Shown here: in pieces, positions 1 through 9,269 of the stretch
Position numbering within the stretch: the first letter of the stretch is position 1
Layout: each line of letters starts with the position of its first letter
IMG/VR virus record: IMGVR_UViG_3300010163_000016
Coordinates: 1 to 64,000 of that record
From: a virus
Taxonomy: Duplodnaviria > Caudoviricetes
DNA length: 64,000 bases
Strand: one strand, 5' to 3'
The notes under the pieces: model-generated
Databases searched by the model: none
Told to the model about the DNA's origin: nothing
The model's input: only the letters and a program-made list of their open reading frames with translations
Position numbers and translations under genes: made by a program

Positions 1-403
1 TCCCCGCCACGCCGAATATGCTGACGCCGGATTTGATGTTGCCCGCCACAAGATTAGCGTCGCCTGCTACATATACACTGTTTGTCGTGTACCTCCCTTT
101 TGGAACGGCAAGGTTAGGAGATGTCCCCGGCATCACTGTTGCAAGCCCCTGGGTTGTCAGCTGTTTGGTGGCGTTCTTCGTCCCAGCCGGGACTTTCCCC
201 GCGCTTTGGGTGCTGCTGGCTGTAATAAGTCCGTTTTCATCGACTGTGATACTTGGCGTTGCCTGCGCTACCTCCGGCATGGTCCCGGTCAAAGGATTCC
301 CGGCCTGGTCGATAAGCTGTTTCCCGCTCAGCAGATCAGCGGCAGAGCCGGGGTTGTCAATGGAGGGCAGTTTCTTCCCGGTGACTATGGGATTGAGTAT
401 CAT
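1..403 (-). CDS. Tail-fibre-like glycine-rich repeat protein, runs off the window start
   Basis: Own translation from ATG 403: MILNPIVTGKKLPSIDNPGSAADLLSGKQL...GDANLVAGNIKSGVSIFGVAG, open to base 1; motif resembles Clostridial phage tail-fibre repeats. Confidence 0.55.
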   Translation of the reverse strand, partial: MILNPIVTGKKLPSIDNPGSAADLLSGKQLIDQAGNPLTGTMPEVAQATPSITVDENGLITASSTQSAGKVPAGTKNATKQLTTQGLATVMPGTSPNLAVPKGRYTTNSVYVAGDANLVAGNIKSGVSIFGVAG

Positions 404-549
404 CCCGCCACCCCCTTGTGCAAGGTGACGGCAGAAGCTAGATCACGCCCCCCCCCAATTTACATAACGCTTATTGTGCATGTCGTACATAATGGTCCTC
501 CTTCAAATATTTTAGAATGATGCCACAAATCCCCATAGCGCCTCCTATA

Positions 550-837
550 TCAAATCAGAAACATCGACCAAGGGGAACGTGTCCTGAAACAGGTGTGCCA
601 CATCTCCCCATTCAATCGTTTGATAACAGCTACCCCCCAGCAGATCTGTTGATTCCATGGATTGATGCCGATGGCAGCCACATCACTGAATTTCCATGAT
701 CTCCACGAACGGAACAGCCTCTCCGGGAATTTATCATAAAGGATCTGCAAGAAACCGTGAAAATCCTCTTCACGAGAAAAGTGGATAGGCCTTGCCACCA
801 TTTCCTGAAACAGTTCGTCTGTCGTCTGTATCTCCAT
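550..837 (-). CDS. Hypothetical phage protein
   Basis: 95-aa ORF, AGGAGG-type RBS, tightly packed with neighbours. Confidence 0.6.
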   Translation of the reverse strand: MEIQTTDELFQEMVARPIHFSREEDFHGFLQILYDKFPERLFRSWRSWKFSDVAAIGINPWNQQICWGVAVIKRLNGEMWHTCFRTRSPWSMFLI

Positions 838-851
838 TTTTCTAGTCCTCC

Positions 852-1157
852 TTAAATCAGGTCTTCCACAAAAACCGCGTCATGGCGGTCTGCCGCGAGA
901 GCGTCTCTGAAAGGGATGCAGCTTTTGTTTGGAACGCATGAAAAGAGCATTCCAGCGTTCAGCCCATATGTGATAGGATAGCAAAACCCTTCCGCCAGGA
1001 GGGCTCCATTGACAACATCCATGACAAAGTCCTCGTCTATTTCATCAAAGTCAATTGTCATCCCCTGGCCAAATATCTCCGTGAGCAGCTCGCGCTCCTC
1101 TGACGTGTTTTCACAGATCACGCCGGAATGCTCGCTGAAAAACTGCCTCCAGTCCAT
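852..1157 (-). CDS. Small protein with DLI tail (C-[DE]-[TS]-x-EE family)
   Basis: RBS; GVICENTSEERE motif; ends VFVEDLI. Confidence 0.7.
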   Translation of the reverse strand: MDWRQFFSEHSGVICENTSEERELLTEIFGQGMTIDFDEIDEDFVMDVVNGALLAEGFCYPITYGLNAGMLFSCVPNKSCIPFRDALAADRHDAVFVEDLI

Positions 1158-1178
1158 CTCAAGGCTCCTTTCTTACTC

Positions 1179-1781
1179 CTAATGCTCACAAAATACCACC
1201 TGCTCTCCCCTTTTCAAAGACCAACAGCCTACATCCGTCAGCGCGCACTCCGTACAGTTGCCGCCGCATTCCAAGGCTTCCGGGCTGGCTGTCGTCGTCC
1301 CATCCCGATACCGCACATGGGCCTCGGGGAAAGAAAATGGGTTGACCATCGGAAGGCCAACCCATGCGCTGAAAACAATATGCAGATTGTCGGGGATCGC
1401 AGCGCCCTCCCTGACCAGCTCGTTGACAAATTCATACCGCTTGGTAAAGCAGAGGATCTCGCAGTGCTGCTGCCGGGTCGCCACCCCCACCATGGTCCTG
1501 AGATACTCTATATGGGGAATATCGCCGGACACATGGAAACGGAAGTAGCGCGACATCATAATAGCCGCCTCCACCTCCCGCCAATAGGTCTCGGGATCAT
1601 GGAGCAACACGTCCAGATTGTGCCGGTAAGCCGCCCTGACATTGGGGCGGAGCTGTTCCAGGCGTTTGGCATAGCACTTTCCTTGACAGGCGCACTCCCG
1701 GCAGGTGACGCCGGCAGGAAGAGACACGCTGGGGATCGCGCCCAGTTTGCTGTTGCCGGGGCTGATCTTTACGGTTGACAA
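1179..1781 (-). CDS. Gp88-like Cys-rich phage protein
   Basis: SLPAGVTCRECACQGKCYAK and FRFHVSGDI motifs, C-terminal Cys cluster. Confidence 0.6.
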   Translation of the reverse strand: MSTVKISPGNSKLGAIPSVSLPAGVTCRECACQGKCYAKRLEQLRPNVRAAYRHNLDVLLHDPETYWREVEAAIMMSRYFRFHVSGDIPHIEYLRTMVGVATRQQHCEILCFTKRYEFVNELVREGAAIPDNLHIVFSAWVGLPMVNPFSFPEAHVRYRDGTTTASPEALECGGNCTECALTDVGCWSLKRGEQVVFCEH

Positions 1782-1831
1782 GGGTTAGCCTCCTTTCTCA
1801 GATCGTCGATCTGTATTGCATCTGCTGCCAG

Positions 1832-2302
1832 TCAGCGCGTCGGCGGCACAAGTATGCCCAAGTCCAAAAGTTTGGTAATCGCTGCGAGAAATTTTTCCTG
1901 GATGATCCGGTCGTTATCGCATTGGATGTCCTCCTCACGGAAGAATTCGGTGAATTGATAGGAGCACATCCCGCCGTAGGCATCAATGGAAAAGCGGAAC
2001 CGCCCCGCAAACCTTGGGGCGTCCTCGTCGTGTATGCCGATCCAAAAGGAATTGTCCGTGCAGAAACGATGGTCTGCGGGCGTACCGGCACTTCCTGAGA
2101 TGCACCAGGCGCGGACAACATCGTTCCGCCAGAAGAGCGGCGGCTTGAGAAGGCTCCGGTTTCCTACTTTTAACTGACGGATTTTGGGAATTGTCAGATG
2201 ATATTTATTCTTTGGTGAGGATCTTTTCCCATTTTCCATACCTCTATCCTTCCGTATGACGCGCATAGTCACTCGACTTCTCTTGTGCAGATCGTCCAGC
2301 AA
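1832..2302 (-). CDS. Hypothetical protein (true start probably near 2237)
   Basis: ORF in packed minus-strand cluster. Confidence 0.55.
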   Translation of the reverse strand: MLDDLHKRSRVTMRVIRKDRGMENGKRSSPKNKYHLTIPKIRQLKVGNRSLLKPPLFWRNDVVRAWCISGSAGTPADHRFCTDNSFWIGIHDEDAPRFAGRFRFSIDAYGGMCSYQFTEFFREEDIQCDNDRIIQEKFLAAITKLLDLGILVPPTR

Positions 2303-2577
2303 TAGATCGTGGCAGGCTGCATTGTCATAGGGTCGAAACCCAGGTGGATCTCGTTATCGCCCTCCCAGGTCATATCCTCCTGCCAGAAATCAGAATCGAA
2401 TTCTTGCCGGATCTTGTCCGCTTCCTCGATCATCTTCTTTTTCGCGCCCTCATGGCAGGCATAAACGCCCACGATTTCCTCCCCTTCCACATCGGGAGTA
2501 TCCCAGGTGTGGAGCAATACATGAACGGTCATAGTCAATTTCCTCCGTTGTAGATCGTTTCGTTGTTGTCGATACAT
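2269..2577 (-). CDS. Hypothetical protein (true start probably MTMTVHV)
   Basis: ORF with internal GGAGG RBS. Confidence 0.55.
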   Translation of the reverse strand: MYRQQRNDLQRRKLTMTVHVLLHTWDTPDVEGEEIVGVYACHEGAKKKMIEEADKIRQEFDSDFWQEDMTWEGDNEIHLGFDPMTMQPATIYCWTICTREVE

Positions 2578-2609
2578 ATGGAATCATGAAAATTTGTGTT
2601 TTCCTTTGC

Positions 2610-2635
2610 AATATGATAAGATAAATTATCATATT
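2610..2635. promoter_or_regulatory. Perfect 10-bp inverted repeat, operator-like
   Basis: AATATGATAA-N6-TTATCATATT in an AT-rich gap between divergent genes. Confidence 0.45.
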
Positions 2636-2651
2636 CGAAAGGGGCGATGAT

Positions 2652-3119
2652 ATGGAACCCAGCAAGATGGATTTGCTCAGGATGTATTGGGATGAATGGA
2701 AGTTCAGACAAGAGGGGCTGTGGAAGCGGATCATCCAATTTTCCATTGTCATTTTCTTTACATCTACCATGCCGATCACCGCAAGGGCGCTCAATGTGGA
2801 AGTACCAAGCGTTTCCCTCGCTGTTTTCCCAGCTGTGGGCATTGTTCTCACAGTCTTTTTCTACTGGTTCTGTCTCTGTGAAGCCAGCCGGATCAATACC
2901 ATCGACGCTAAAATAAAAGGGATCATCTCAGACCTGTTTTCTCCAAAATATGCAAAAACAGACCTGCTGCCGTTTTCAAAGGAAACCGCTTTCCTTATGC
3001 CCCTCTTTAAGCACCGCATGGCGCTGTGGGTCCCGGCGCTGCTCTCCGCTCTGCATGTGTTTATTGCCGGTTTCATGCTGTATGTCATATCGACCGGTAA
3101 ATTGCCGCCCCTTGCATAA
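2652..3119 (+). CDS. Multi-pass membrane protein, moron-like, opposite to the cluster
   Basis: 155 aa with about three hydrophobic stretches; AT-rich upstream region. Confidence 0.65.
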   Translation: MEPSKMDLLRMYWDEWKFRQEGLWKRIIQFSIVIFFTSTMPITARALNVEVPSVSLAVFPAVGIVLTVFFYWFCLCEASRINTIDAKIKGIISDLFSPKYAKTDLLPFSKETAFLMPLFKHRMALWVPALLSALHVFIAGFMLYVISTGKLPPLA

Positions 3120-3738
3120 AAGGAGCTGCAGACTGGTATGGGCGCCGCGGAAGAAGTGAACGAATTCCTCGATTTGACGGAGGAACGACTCCCGCCCGAC
3201 CTGATATTCAGCGGCGAGGCGTTTCTCTTCGGCCCCGATCCAGTCCTTGTTCATGTGCCATTCCTCCGCTATTTTCGCACTTCGCTTCTGTGGTGTGCTG
3301 TTACGCCAAAGTCTCTAACGGTACTGGGCGAACCAGTCGGCAAACCCTGTTTCAAACACCGCAGTCGGTAGCTATCTCCAACCACATATGCCGAAACGCC
3401 ATTAACCCGTAAAGTCGTTGCCTGACCCGGACGAACCGGTATCAGGGGCTCTTGAAAACCCTGCGCATGATTTTCTTCTTTTTGACACTCCTTAGATGAT
3501 GGCTGCTTTTAAGCCTACATCCCACAGAGACGTTTGTGGGAAAACCCATTATTTTTGCCCGCGGTTGTCCCGCGTCTTTAGTCCGGCCTTGTGGCCTGAT
3601 GGTTCGGCTTTTGCAATGCTCCCCGGGCGGCGTTCTCCTCAAGAGATCCATCATTACGGACGCGGAAACCATGTCTGCGGAGCGGAGCATCAACCCACAG
3701 CATAGGTTGTGTGATATCGTACGCCCTGATTTTGATAA

Positions 3739-4149
3739 TCAGGTAGTCCGATAGATGAGTTTATACTCTTTCTCGCTACGACTGGTAGCTATTATGGTGG
3801 CTTTCTCCGCTACCATGGAACCCATATTACCCTCCTCCTGAATGGTGCTCCACTGGCATCCGCTATAGATGACCTTGCGGTCCAGCTTGCAGACCACCAG
3901 GGAGAAGTCCGCCAGGGTGGAAAAGTCGATACCGTCTCTGATAGCATCGTCTGTGGCGTAGAGCCTGGTCAGCTTTATAACATACTTGCTCTGACCATTG
4001 ATGGTAGCCACCGAGTCGCTCTCGCCGAAAGCCTCCGGCGCCTGACTGCTCTTGGTGGCCTTGGCGGTATAGCTCTGTACTACAGCTACTTTTTTGCCCT
4101 CCAGCTCCAGATAGATGTCGCGGCTGGTAGAAAACCCTATACACTTCAT
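3739..4149 (-). CDS. Orphan tail-tube-like protein (XkdM-like)
   Basis: DIYLELEGKKVAVVQSYTAK...LTRLY...YSGCQWSTIQEEG resembles contractile tail-tube proteins from recall. Confidence 0.55.
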   Translation of the reverse strand: MKCIGFSTSRDIYLELEGKKVAVVQSYTAKATKSSQAPEAFGESDSVATINGQSKYVIKLTRLYATDDAIRDGIDFSTLADFSLVVCKLDRKVIYSGCQWSTIQEEGNMGSMVAEKATIIATSRSEKEYKLIYRTT

Positions 4150-4178
4150 TGCCTCCTCCTCTTGAGCGAGAGTCCTGT

Positions 4179-4556
4179 TTATCCGTTTTGGGATTTAATA
4201 CTAACAGATACATCAAATCCACTCCGAATGGCTCTCTCAGCCTCCGCATTGAGTGCAGTTCGGACATCGTCACTGCCAGACCATCCGCGTGCCGAGCCGA
4301 TAACTTTCTTGATTTCTCGCTCTACAGTCTCCGTTACCTTGCGGTCGAAAATGCTGCTGATCTTGTCCTCGACATAGCTGCCCATAGCAGACCTGAAGTA
4401 GCTGTCAATTGTTTGCTGAGTTATTGTACGGATGTCCTCACCAGTTATCCTGGCAGCCTCGATCTGTTCTCGGATCGTCTCGCGGATGGTTAGGCTATTG
4501 ATCTCTTCCATCATAGCCCTTCGAATCAACGTGTTGATTTCTTGTTGAATATCCAT
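4179..4556 (-). CDS. Hypothetical helical protein
   Basis: 125-aa ORF. Confidence 0.6.
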   Translation of the reverse strand: MDIQQEINTLIRRAMMEEINSLTIRETIREQIEAARITGEDIRTITQQTIDSYFRSAMGSYVEDKISSIFDRKVTETVEREIKKVIGSARGWSGSDDVRTALNAEAERAIRSGFDVSVSIKSQNG

Positions 4557-4570
4557 TTTTCACTACCAAA

Positions 4571-4789
4571 CTAATCTTTTATAAATTTCTTACCGCACAA
4601 AGGACAATACTTTATTTCCACAATATCCTGCGTCAACAGGCCGATAGTTTGTGGTCCATCAGCAAAATCAAGTACCCTTACACGAAGCATTCCCTGCCGG
4701 TTCAGCGATATGTCGATGCCACTGTACTCGATGGTTTGGTTGATTGGGTTAAACTGGTTTGTATTTATTTCGCAATATGGACAACTCAT
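4571..4789 (-). CDS. Small Zn-binding protein
   Basis: CPYC at the N-terminus and CPLC near the C-terminus. Confidence 0.6.
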   Translation of the reverse strand: MSCPYCEINTNQFNPINQTIEYSGIDISLNRQGMLRVRVLDFADGPQTIGLLTQDIVEIKYCPLCGKKFIKD

Positions 4790-4804
4790 AAACTCACCAC
4801 CAAA

Positions 4805-5104
4805 TTAACCTTTCATAATGCCAAGTGCTTCGGATATGCCTTGGTATTTGAGAACGTTTGCCTTTTTCTTCGCCTTTATATTGGTTACTTCTTCGCTCGG
4901 AAGTTCATGTACAATACCAGCGCCAATGAGCATATCCATCATGGTAACAAGCTGATAATACTCGACCATGAGCTTGTATTCGTTTGTTTCTAAAGTTTCT
5001 GGATGGTGATTGTCTGCACCAAACCGCATCACCTTAGAAATCTCTTGTGATACTTCTGCACACTCCTCGGATGTCACAAGGAGCAAATTTTCATGTCTTG
5101 TCAT
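4805..5104 (-). CDS. MazG-like nucleotide pyrophosphohydrolase
   Basis: SEECAEVSQEISKVMRFG helix motif and later acidic helix. Confidence 0.55.
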   Translation of the reverse strand: MTRHENLLLVTSEECAEVSQEISKVMRFGADNHHPETLETNEYKLMVEYYQLVTMMDMLIGAGIVHELPSEEVTNIKAKKKANVLKYQGISEALGIMKG

Positions 5105-5367
5105 AAAACCACGCTTTCCATTCAGATAGGATCGATCTTATCTACCGTATTACGAACAGCCTCTTGCATATCCCCAAAATGCACACATTTATTTACTGTC
5201 CCATCAAGTGCCGCTGTAACGCACTTATTAAATGCTTGGCATATACTGCACTCATTCTGTACATTCTTTGCTAAATACCAAGATACGGCAGCATCCTTTG
5301 GGGAGACTACAGTTCCCCAATCCGATGAAGATTCTGGAAAAATTATGTTTTTCAGAAAATCACATCC

Positions 5368-5631
5368 TTATTCAGTGAATACAACTATTCCGGCCTTTTC
5401 TAAATCTTCCATGCGCCAGTCGTCTTTATCTGTAATATGCTCTGGAACATATATTGCATCATCGCCCCATTCCCAGCAGAACATTTTAGAACGGAAGAAG
5501 TCCTCATTGTCATTGATGTAGACTTCTCCGCCATAGCCGAGTATGTCATCCTGAATATATCGCCTATCTTGTGTGTCGTAGACAAATCCATGTTGGAGCA
5601 GGCTTTCTCTTGGAGCAATCAATTTCCACAT
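5368..5631 (-). CDS. Hypothetical protein
   Basis: 87-aa ORF, packed. Confidence 0.6.
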   Translation of the reverse strand: MWKLIAPRESLLQHGFVYDTQDRRYIQDDILGYGGEVYINDNEDFFRSKMFCWEWGDDAIYVPEHITDKDDWRMEDLEKAGIVVFTE

Positions 5632-5635
5632 AAAA

Positions 5636-5971
5636 TCACACTTTCATCCATTTTAGATACGCGGACTGACCGGTATCAAGTTCCTGTAGTGCGGTGTCGC
5701 TGTCATCAATCCATTGTTGTGTGGAAACTCCACACTTTTTACATCGACAAATACAAAGCCGTGGCGGACATCCCATGTCATCAAGCTGAAGCACGTTAGA
5801 CTTCTCCGCCACTTCGTACTCATGTTTGCAGCGGGGACGAAGCGCACGAAGGATAACACGCTGATACCACTTCAAATCCAGGCCAAGATATTCATGTAAA
5901 AACGCATCGGGATAACGGCAATAAAACTCATGTAGCTTCCTGTTCATAGGCATATCCTTTTGCTTTCTCAA
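5636..5971 (-). CDS. Hypothetical Cys-containing protein
   Basis: 111-aa ORF with CRCKKCG. Confidence 0.55.
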   Translation of the reverse strand: MRKQKDMPMNRKLHEFYCRYPDAFLHEYLGLDLKWYQRVILRALRPRCKHEYEVAEKSNVLQLDDMGCPPRLCICRCKKCGVSTQQWIDDSDTALQELDTGQSAYLKWMKV

Positions 5972-6350
5972 GGCTGCTGATGTCGACAGCCTTTTGGAAG
6001 GGGTCGTTCAGATGAAAAGTTGGCAGAGTACGTGTGTCAGGGTTCCACTGTTTTTTTCCTTCTTCCGTCAACTCGAATCTACCAAGCACACCGCTGTTGT
6101 ATAGGACAATTCGATACCACCAGTCATCTCCAGACCCAACCTTCCCACAAATATCACAGTAGCTACCCATACGGACCTTGGTACTAGGGATAAAACCATG
6201 TACCCGATTCACTTCAACGCCAGGGTATTCAAATACGCACAGCTTGAACACATGCTTATGATCGGCCTTCTTCGGAGAACGTTTAGATGATTTCTTGCGA
6301 TGCCTGCACCGCTCATCAACCAACTCATTACAAACGTTCATTTTGCTCAT
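5928..6350 (-). CDS. Hypothetical protein
   Basis: 140-aa ORF, CDIC motif; start overlaps upstream stop. Confidence 0.55.
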   Translation of the reverse strand: MSKMNVCNELVDERCRHRKKSSKRSPKKADHKHVFKLCVFEYPGVEVNRVHGFIPSTKVRMGSYCDICGKVGSGDDWWYRIVLYNSGVLGRFELTEEGKKQWNPDTRTLPTFHLNDPFQKAVDISSLEKAKGYAYEQEAT

Positions 6351-6553
6351 AAGATATCTTCACCTACAGGTGCTCGTCTATTCCAGGCAGTTATAGCTTC
6401 CTCTTCGGTTTGAAACTCGCCCCAGTCCTGGCAACAATGCAATGATGGGCAGCCGCCACGGTTGTAACCGCAGGTGACGGACCAGTAGCCATGATGCCAT
6501 TGGGTTCCCGCATCGCCACATCCACAGAATGGGCAAGGTTTTAATGGAGTCAT
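6347..6553 (-). CDS. Lar-family restriction alleviation-like protein
   Basis: LKPCPFCG...C...EEEAITAWNRR signature; start moved to MTPLKP. Confidence 0.7.
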   Translation of the reverse strand: MTPLKPCPFCGCGDAGTQWHHGYWSVTCGYNRGGCPSLHCCQDWGEFQTEEEAITAWNRRAPVGEDIL

Positions 6554-6682
6554 CTCAGATACTCCTTGTAGATGGTGATCCCGAAAACGCGATAGGCGAT
6601 ATAATCGCAATGCTCCATGTAGATACAGCTTGACGGCAAAACCCGCTGCAAAAAGTCAAAAAGTTTCTTTCCGATGTCCATT

Positions 6683-6988
6683 TTATGCCTCCTCATAATT
6701 CAAGACCTGTCTACACTCCGGACAAATCTCATAATAGGGATTCTGATAATATCCGTCGTCGCATTCTCCACCCAGGTTGGCTCCGCAGCACGGACAGCGA
6801 TTAGGACTCCATCTCTCTCGAATGGGCTTTGATGGGATACACTTTGATACCTCTCGAATTGCGAATTCCAGTTCCTTCTTGACCGGCTTCCAATAATCGC
6901 GATAACGATATAGAGACTCTGTAACAAGAATGGCTTGTAAAAACTCAATGCTCTCATGAGCTTGGGCGATTTCCTGCTCTTTTGTCAT
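6683..6988 (-). CDS. Zn-ribbon protein
   Basis: CPCCG and CPEC pairs; start at MTKEQ after RBS. Confidence 0.6.
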   Translation of the reverse strand: MTKEQEIAQAHESIEFLQAILVTESLYRYRDYWKPVKKELEFAIREVSKCIPSKPIRERWSPNRCPCCGANLGGECDDGYYQNPYYEICPECRQVLNYEEA

Positions 6989-6995
6989 AACCTGC

Positions 6996-7226
6996 TCACT
7001 CCTCTTCACTTTTTGCTGACCGGATTTTCGCAAAACGGCCAAGCTTCTCACCAAAGATCTGAAGTATTGCAACGAAAACGACGAGCAATACTAGAATAGG
7101 CCAAAGAGTGATAATTGCACGCTGAGACTCATCAAGATCCTTGCCGATTTTCCCGGAAAGCGCACTAAGGGAGAAACCGACTATGTAATACGCCGAGATG
7201 CAAACTAACGCAATTGCTATAGTCAT
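6996..7226 (-). CDS. Small two-TM membrane protein
   Basis: Two hydrophobic segments. Confidence 0.55.
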   Translation of the reverse strand: MTIAIALVCISAYYIVGFSLSALSGKIGKDLDESQRAIITLWPILVLLVVFVAILQIFGEKLGRFAKIRSAKSEEE

Positions 7227-7594
7227 TTCTCGCCTTTGCAGTATTTGCCTGATCTGCCGACCGGCTCCATTCGCTGTGCCGCGACATCTTGCCAGAAAAC
7301 TTCACTGTACGGAACAGCGTAGGCAAACCGCCCGGCAAAGTACACGAAGCATTCTTGATCACAATTCATCGGGATGAGCACATATGTCCTGGCGGCAGTC
7401 ATGGCTTGTCCGCCAATACCGCCGAAACCAAGCGCAGTGCTGCCCCATGTCTGTGTGAAGGTATATAGCTCAAAATCATCAATGGATGGGCGCGGATTTT
7501 CGGTGTAGTCGAGTCTGAACGGAAGATCACACTCAATCTCCAACAGCTCCCGCGCCATCTGTGTCAGTTTGTTGCTCATATGTGTTGTCCTCAC
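7223..7594 (-). CDS. Hypothetical phage protein
   Basis: QTWGSTALGFGGIGGQAMT motif. Confidence 0.6.
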   Translation of the reverse strand: MRTTHMSNKLTQMARELLEIECDLPFRLDYTENPRPSIDDFELYTFTQTWGSTALGFGGIGGQAMTAARTYVLIPMNCDQECFVYFAGRFAYAVPYSEVFWQDVAAQRMEPVGRSGKYCKGEK

Positions 7595-7789
7595 TCTTCA
7601 AAATGATAGTCCTTGGGGCGGATCAAAATTTGGAATAGCTCGTGCAGCTCCTGGAGAGTAAACAGCTTGTCCACAACAACCGCATCGCAGACCCACCATC
7701 CTACTTCGTCCCAGGCCATTCCGCCGAGGGCTTTTTTTATGCTCGTCCTCCATATGACGGAAAAATTTGAGATATTCTTCTTTAATCAT
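7591..7789 (-). pseudogene. Small gene apparently frameshifted at an A7 tract
   Basis: Removing one base from T7 at 7732-7738 joins MIKEEYLKFFRHMEDEHKK to ALGGMAWDEVGWWVCDAVVV...HFEE. Confidence 0.45.
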
Positions 7790-8087
7790 GCCTTTCAATC
7801 GTTTCTTCTCTGCGCTTCCATCCATCGCACTGTGAACAGCTAATATTGGAGCACTCTCCGCACGGCTCTCCAGTTGGGTCCCACCCGCAGCCAGAATCGT
7901 GCTGCCCGCCGACCTCATCAACGTAAAAAGTATTATCCTCAAATGGGAAGAATACGGGGATGCAATTTTGCAGCCCCACCTCATCGCCATAATCGTTGAT
8001 TGCAAGCCTGCCGTCTGGCTTGAGGATGACGCGAGTATCATCCTCGACATATCGCATTTTCGTTGTATCGTATACTTTGTATCGCAT
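7782..8087 (-). CDS. Hypothetical protein (YopX-like N-terminus)
   Basis: MRYKVYDTTKMRYV; Cys-rich C-terminus. Confidence 0.5.
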   Translation of the reverse strand: MRYKVYDTTKMRYVEDDTRVILKPDGRLAINDYGDEVGLQNCIPVFFPFEDNTFYVDEVGGQHDSGCGWDPTGEPCGECSNISCSQCDGWKRREETIERHD

Positions 8088-8097
8088 ATAACAGCTC

Positions 8098-8343
8098 CTA
8101 TAGTGCGTCAATAATTTCTTGCATTTCGCAGATCACATTTTCAAGAGTATCCTTACTGTAACTTCGCAGGCTCACATTATCCGGGATTGCTACCACCGCA
8201 TTGTCTGGGAACGCTGACTTCACACAATTGAATATGCTCTGCATTTCAGCAAGCGAGACTTCTTTCAGGGGGAACCTTAACACAATTGCTTCTGTCAGAC
8301 GCGGATGAATTGTTTCAACCTGTGGGATCAAATCTATATCCAT
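8098..8343 (-). CDS. Hypothetical protein
   Basis: 81-aa ORF, packed. Confidence 0.55.
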   Translation of the reverse strand: MDIDLIPQVETIHPRLTEAIVLRFPLKEVSLAEMQSIFNCVKSAFPDNAVVAIPDNVSLRSYSKDTLENVICEMQEIIDAL

Positions 8344-8355
8344 AAAGTCACCCTT

Positions 8356-8700
8356 TCATTGTGCGTCTTTGCTCTTAATCCGGACAAAATAAATTTTGTG
8401 ATAAATCACTTTAGCACTCGTGTCATAAACCATATAGAGATCACCAACAATGTGATACGTCTTACTCGTATGGCAAATATTCTTAAATTTATCCCAGTTT
8501 TCGTAGCTTATCGGGTTAATTACATTCTTGAGGACATACCATAGACCCGCTGGAATAAAAACAAGTATGATGGCAAGGACACACCAGGGCTTGATAAACA
8601 CATAGGTCAACCCGTTAAAATCAAACTCTTCTTCAAGGAAGATAAGTAGTCCTGCGATTGCATAACAAATTAGAAATCCAAGCAGCAAACCCCTTATCAT
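8356..8700 (-). CDS. Membrane protein
   Basis: Two N-terminal hydrophobic segments. Confidence 0.55.
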   Translation of the reverse strand: MIRGLLLGFLICYAIAGLLIFLEEEFDFNGLTYVFIKPWCVLAIILVFIPAGLWYVLKNVINPISYENWDKFKNICHTSKTYHIVGDLYMVYDTSAKVIYHKIYFVRIKSKDAQ

Positions 8701-8787
8701 AAAATCCCCTTTTCATTCCCAATTGGTTTCCCATTTCAGATAGGTGTAGCCCAGACAATTTTTTAAAACACGGCATGGAGCGGCACT

Positions 8788-9009
8788 TTACAGCCATTCG
8801 CTTTTGAACCAGTAGGTTAAATTACCCTCTGAGTCGTATTCGTACCGCAGAATTTCTTGGGTAAGGGAATAGTAATCATCATCAAGGGAATGGATCGCCT
8901 CCCCATCCCAGCGGCAGGAACCGAACAGCATGTCTTCTCCGTATGGATCGGAGCATCTGACTGTGATGCAGTCCAATGGATGGTCAGGAAGAATATCTTT
9001 TAGTTTCAT
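8788..9009 (-). CDS. Hypothetical protein
   Basis: 73-aa ORF, start overlaps upstream stop. Confidence 0.55.
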   Translation of the reverse strand: MKLKDILPDHPLDCITVRCSDPYGEDMLFGSCRWDGEAIHSLDDDYYSLTQEILRYEYDSEGNLTYWFKSEWL

Positions 9010-9269
9010 TTAGCAAAATCTCCTAAGTGGTGCTCGGTCTCAAAGGCCATCAGTCTTGTTGTCACGAGACCCAGCATATCTCTGGTAGAGGGTACGTTAC
9101 ACTTACCGGCACGGCATCCCCAACGGGCAACATCAGCTTTAAGCCGGTCGTACAGCTTCTTTTCCCCGACAGTAAGGCCAAGGCGCTGGGCTTCACAGCG
9201 GGAAATATCATCCTCACAGCGGGACTCCTTTCCACACGTCTCACAGACAAAAACGCGGTACGATTTCAT
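9006..9269 (-). CDS. Hypothetical protein
   Basis: CETCG motif; packed. Confidence 0.55.
   Translation of the reverse strand: MKSYRVFVCETCGKESRCEDDISRCEAQRLGLTVGEKKLYDRLKADVARWGCRAGKCNVPSTRDMLGLVTTRLMAFETEHHLGDFAK

Noticed and set aside
1797-1831. IQIDDL encoded in frame just past the stop of ORF 1832-2302
   Set aside because: Possible vestigial tail, but not terminal (followed by RKEANPCQP), so not counted
443-5365. UGA recoding suggested by in-frame TGA near 443, 1832 and about 5360 plus the UCA loop in the tRNA-like RNA
   Set aside because: Many clear genes here end in TGA, including ATGA overlaps, so genome-wide recoding is unlikely; the cases have simpler explanations
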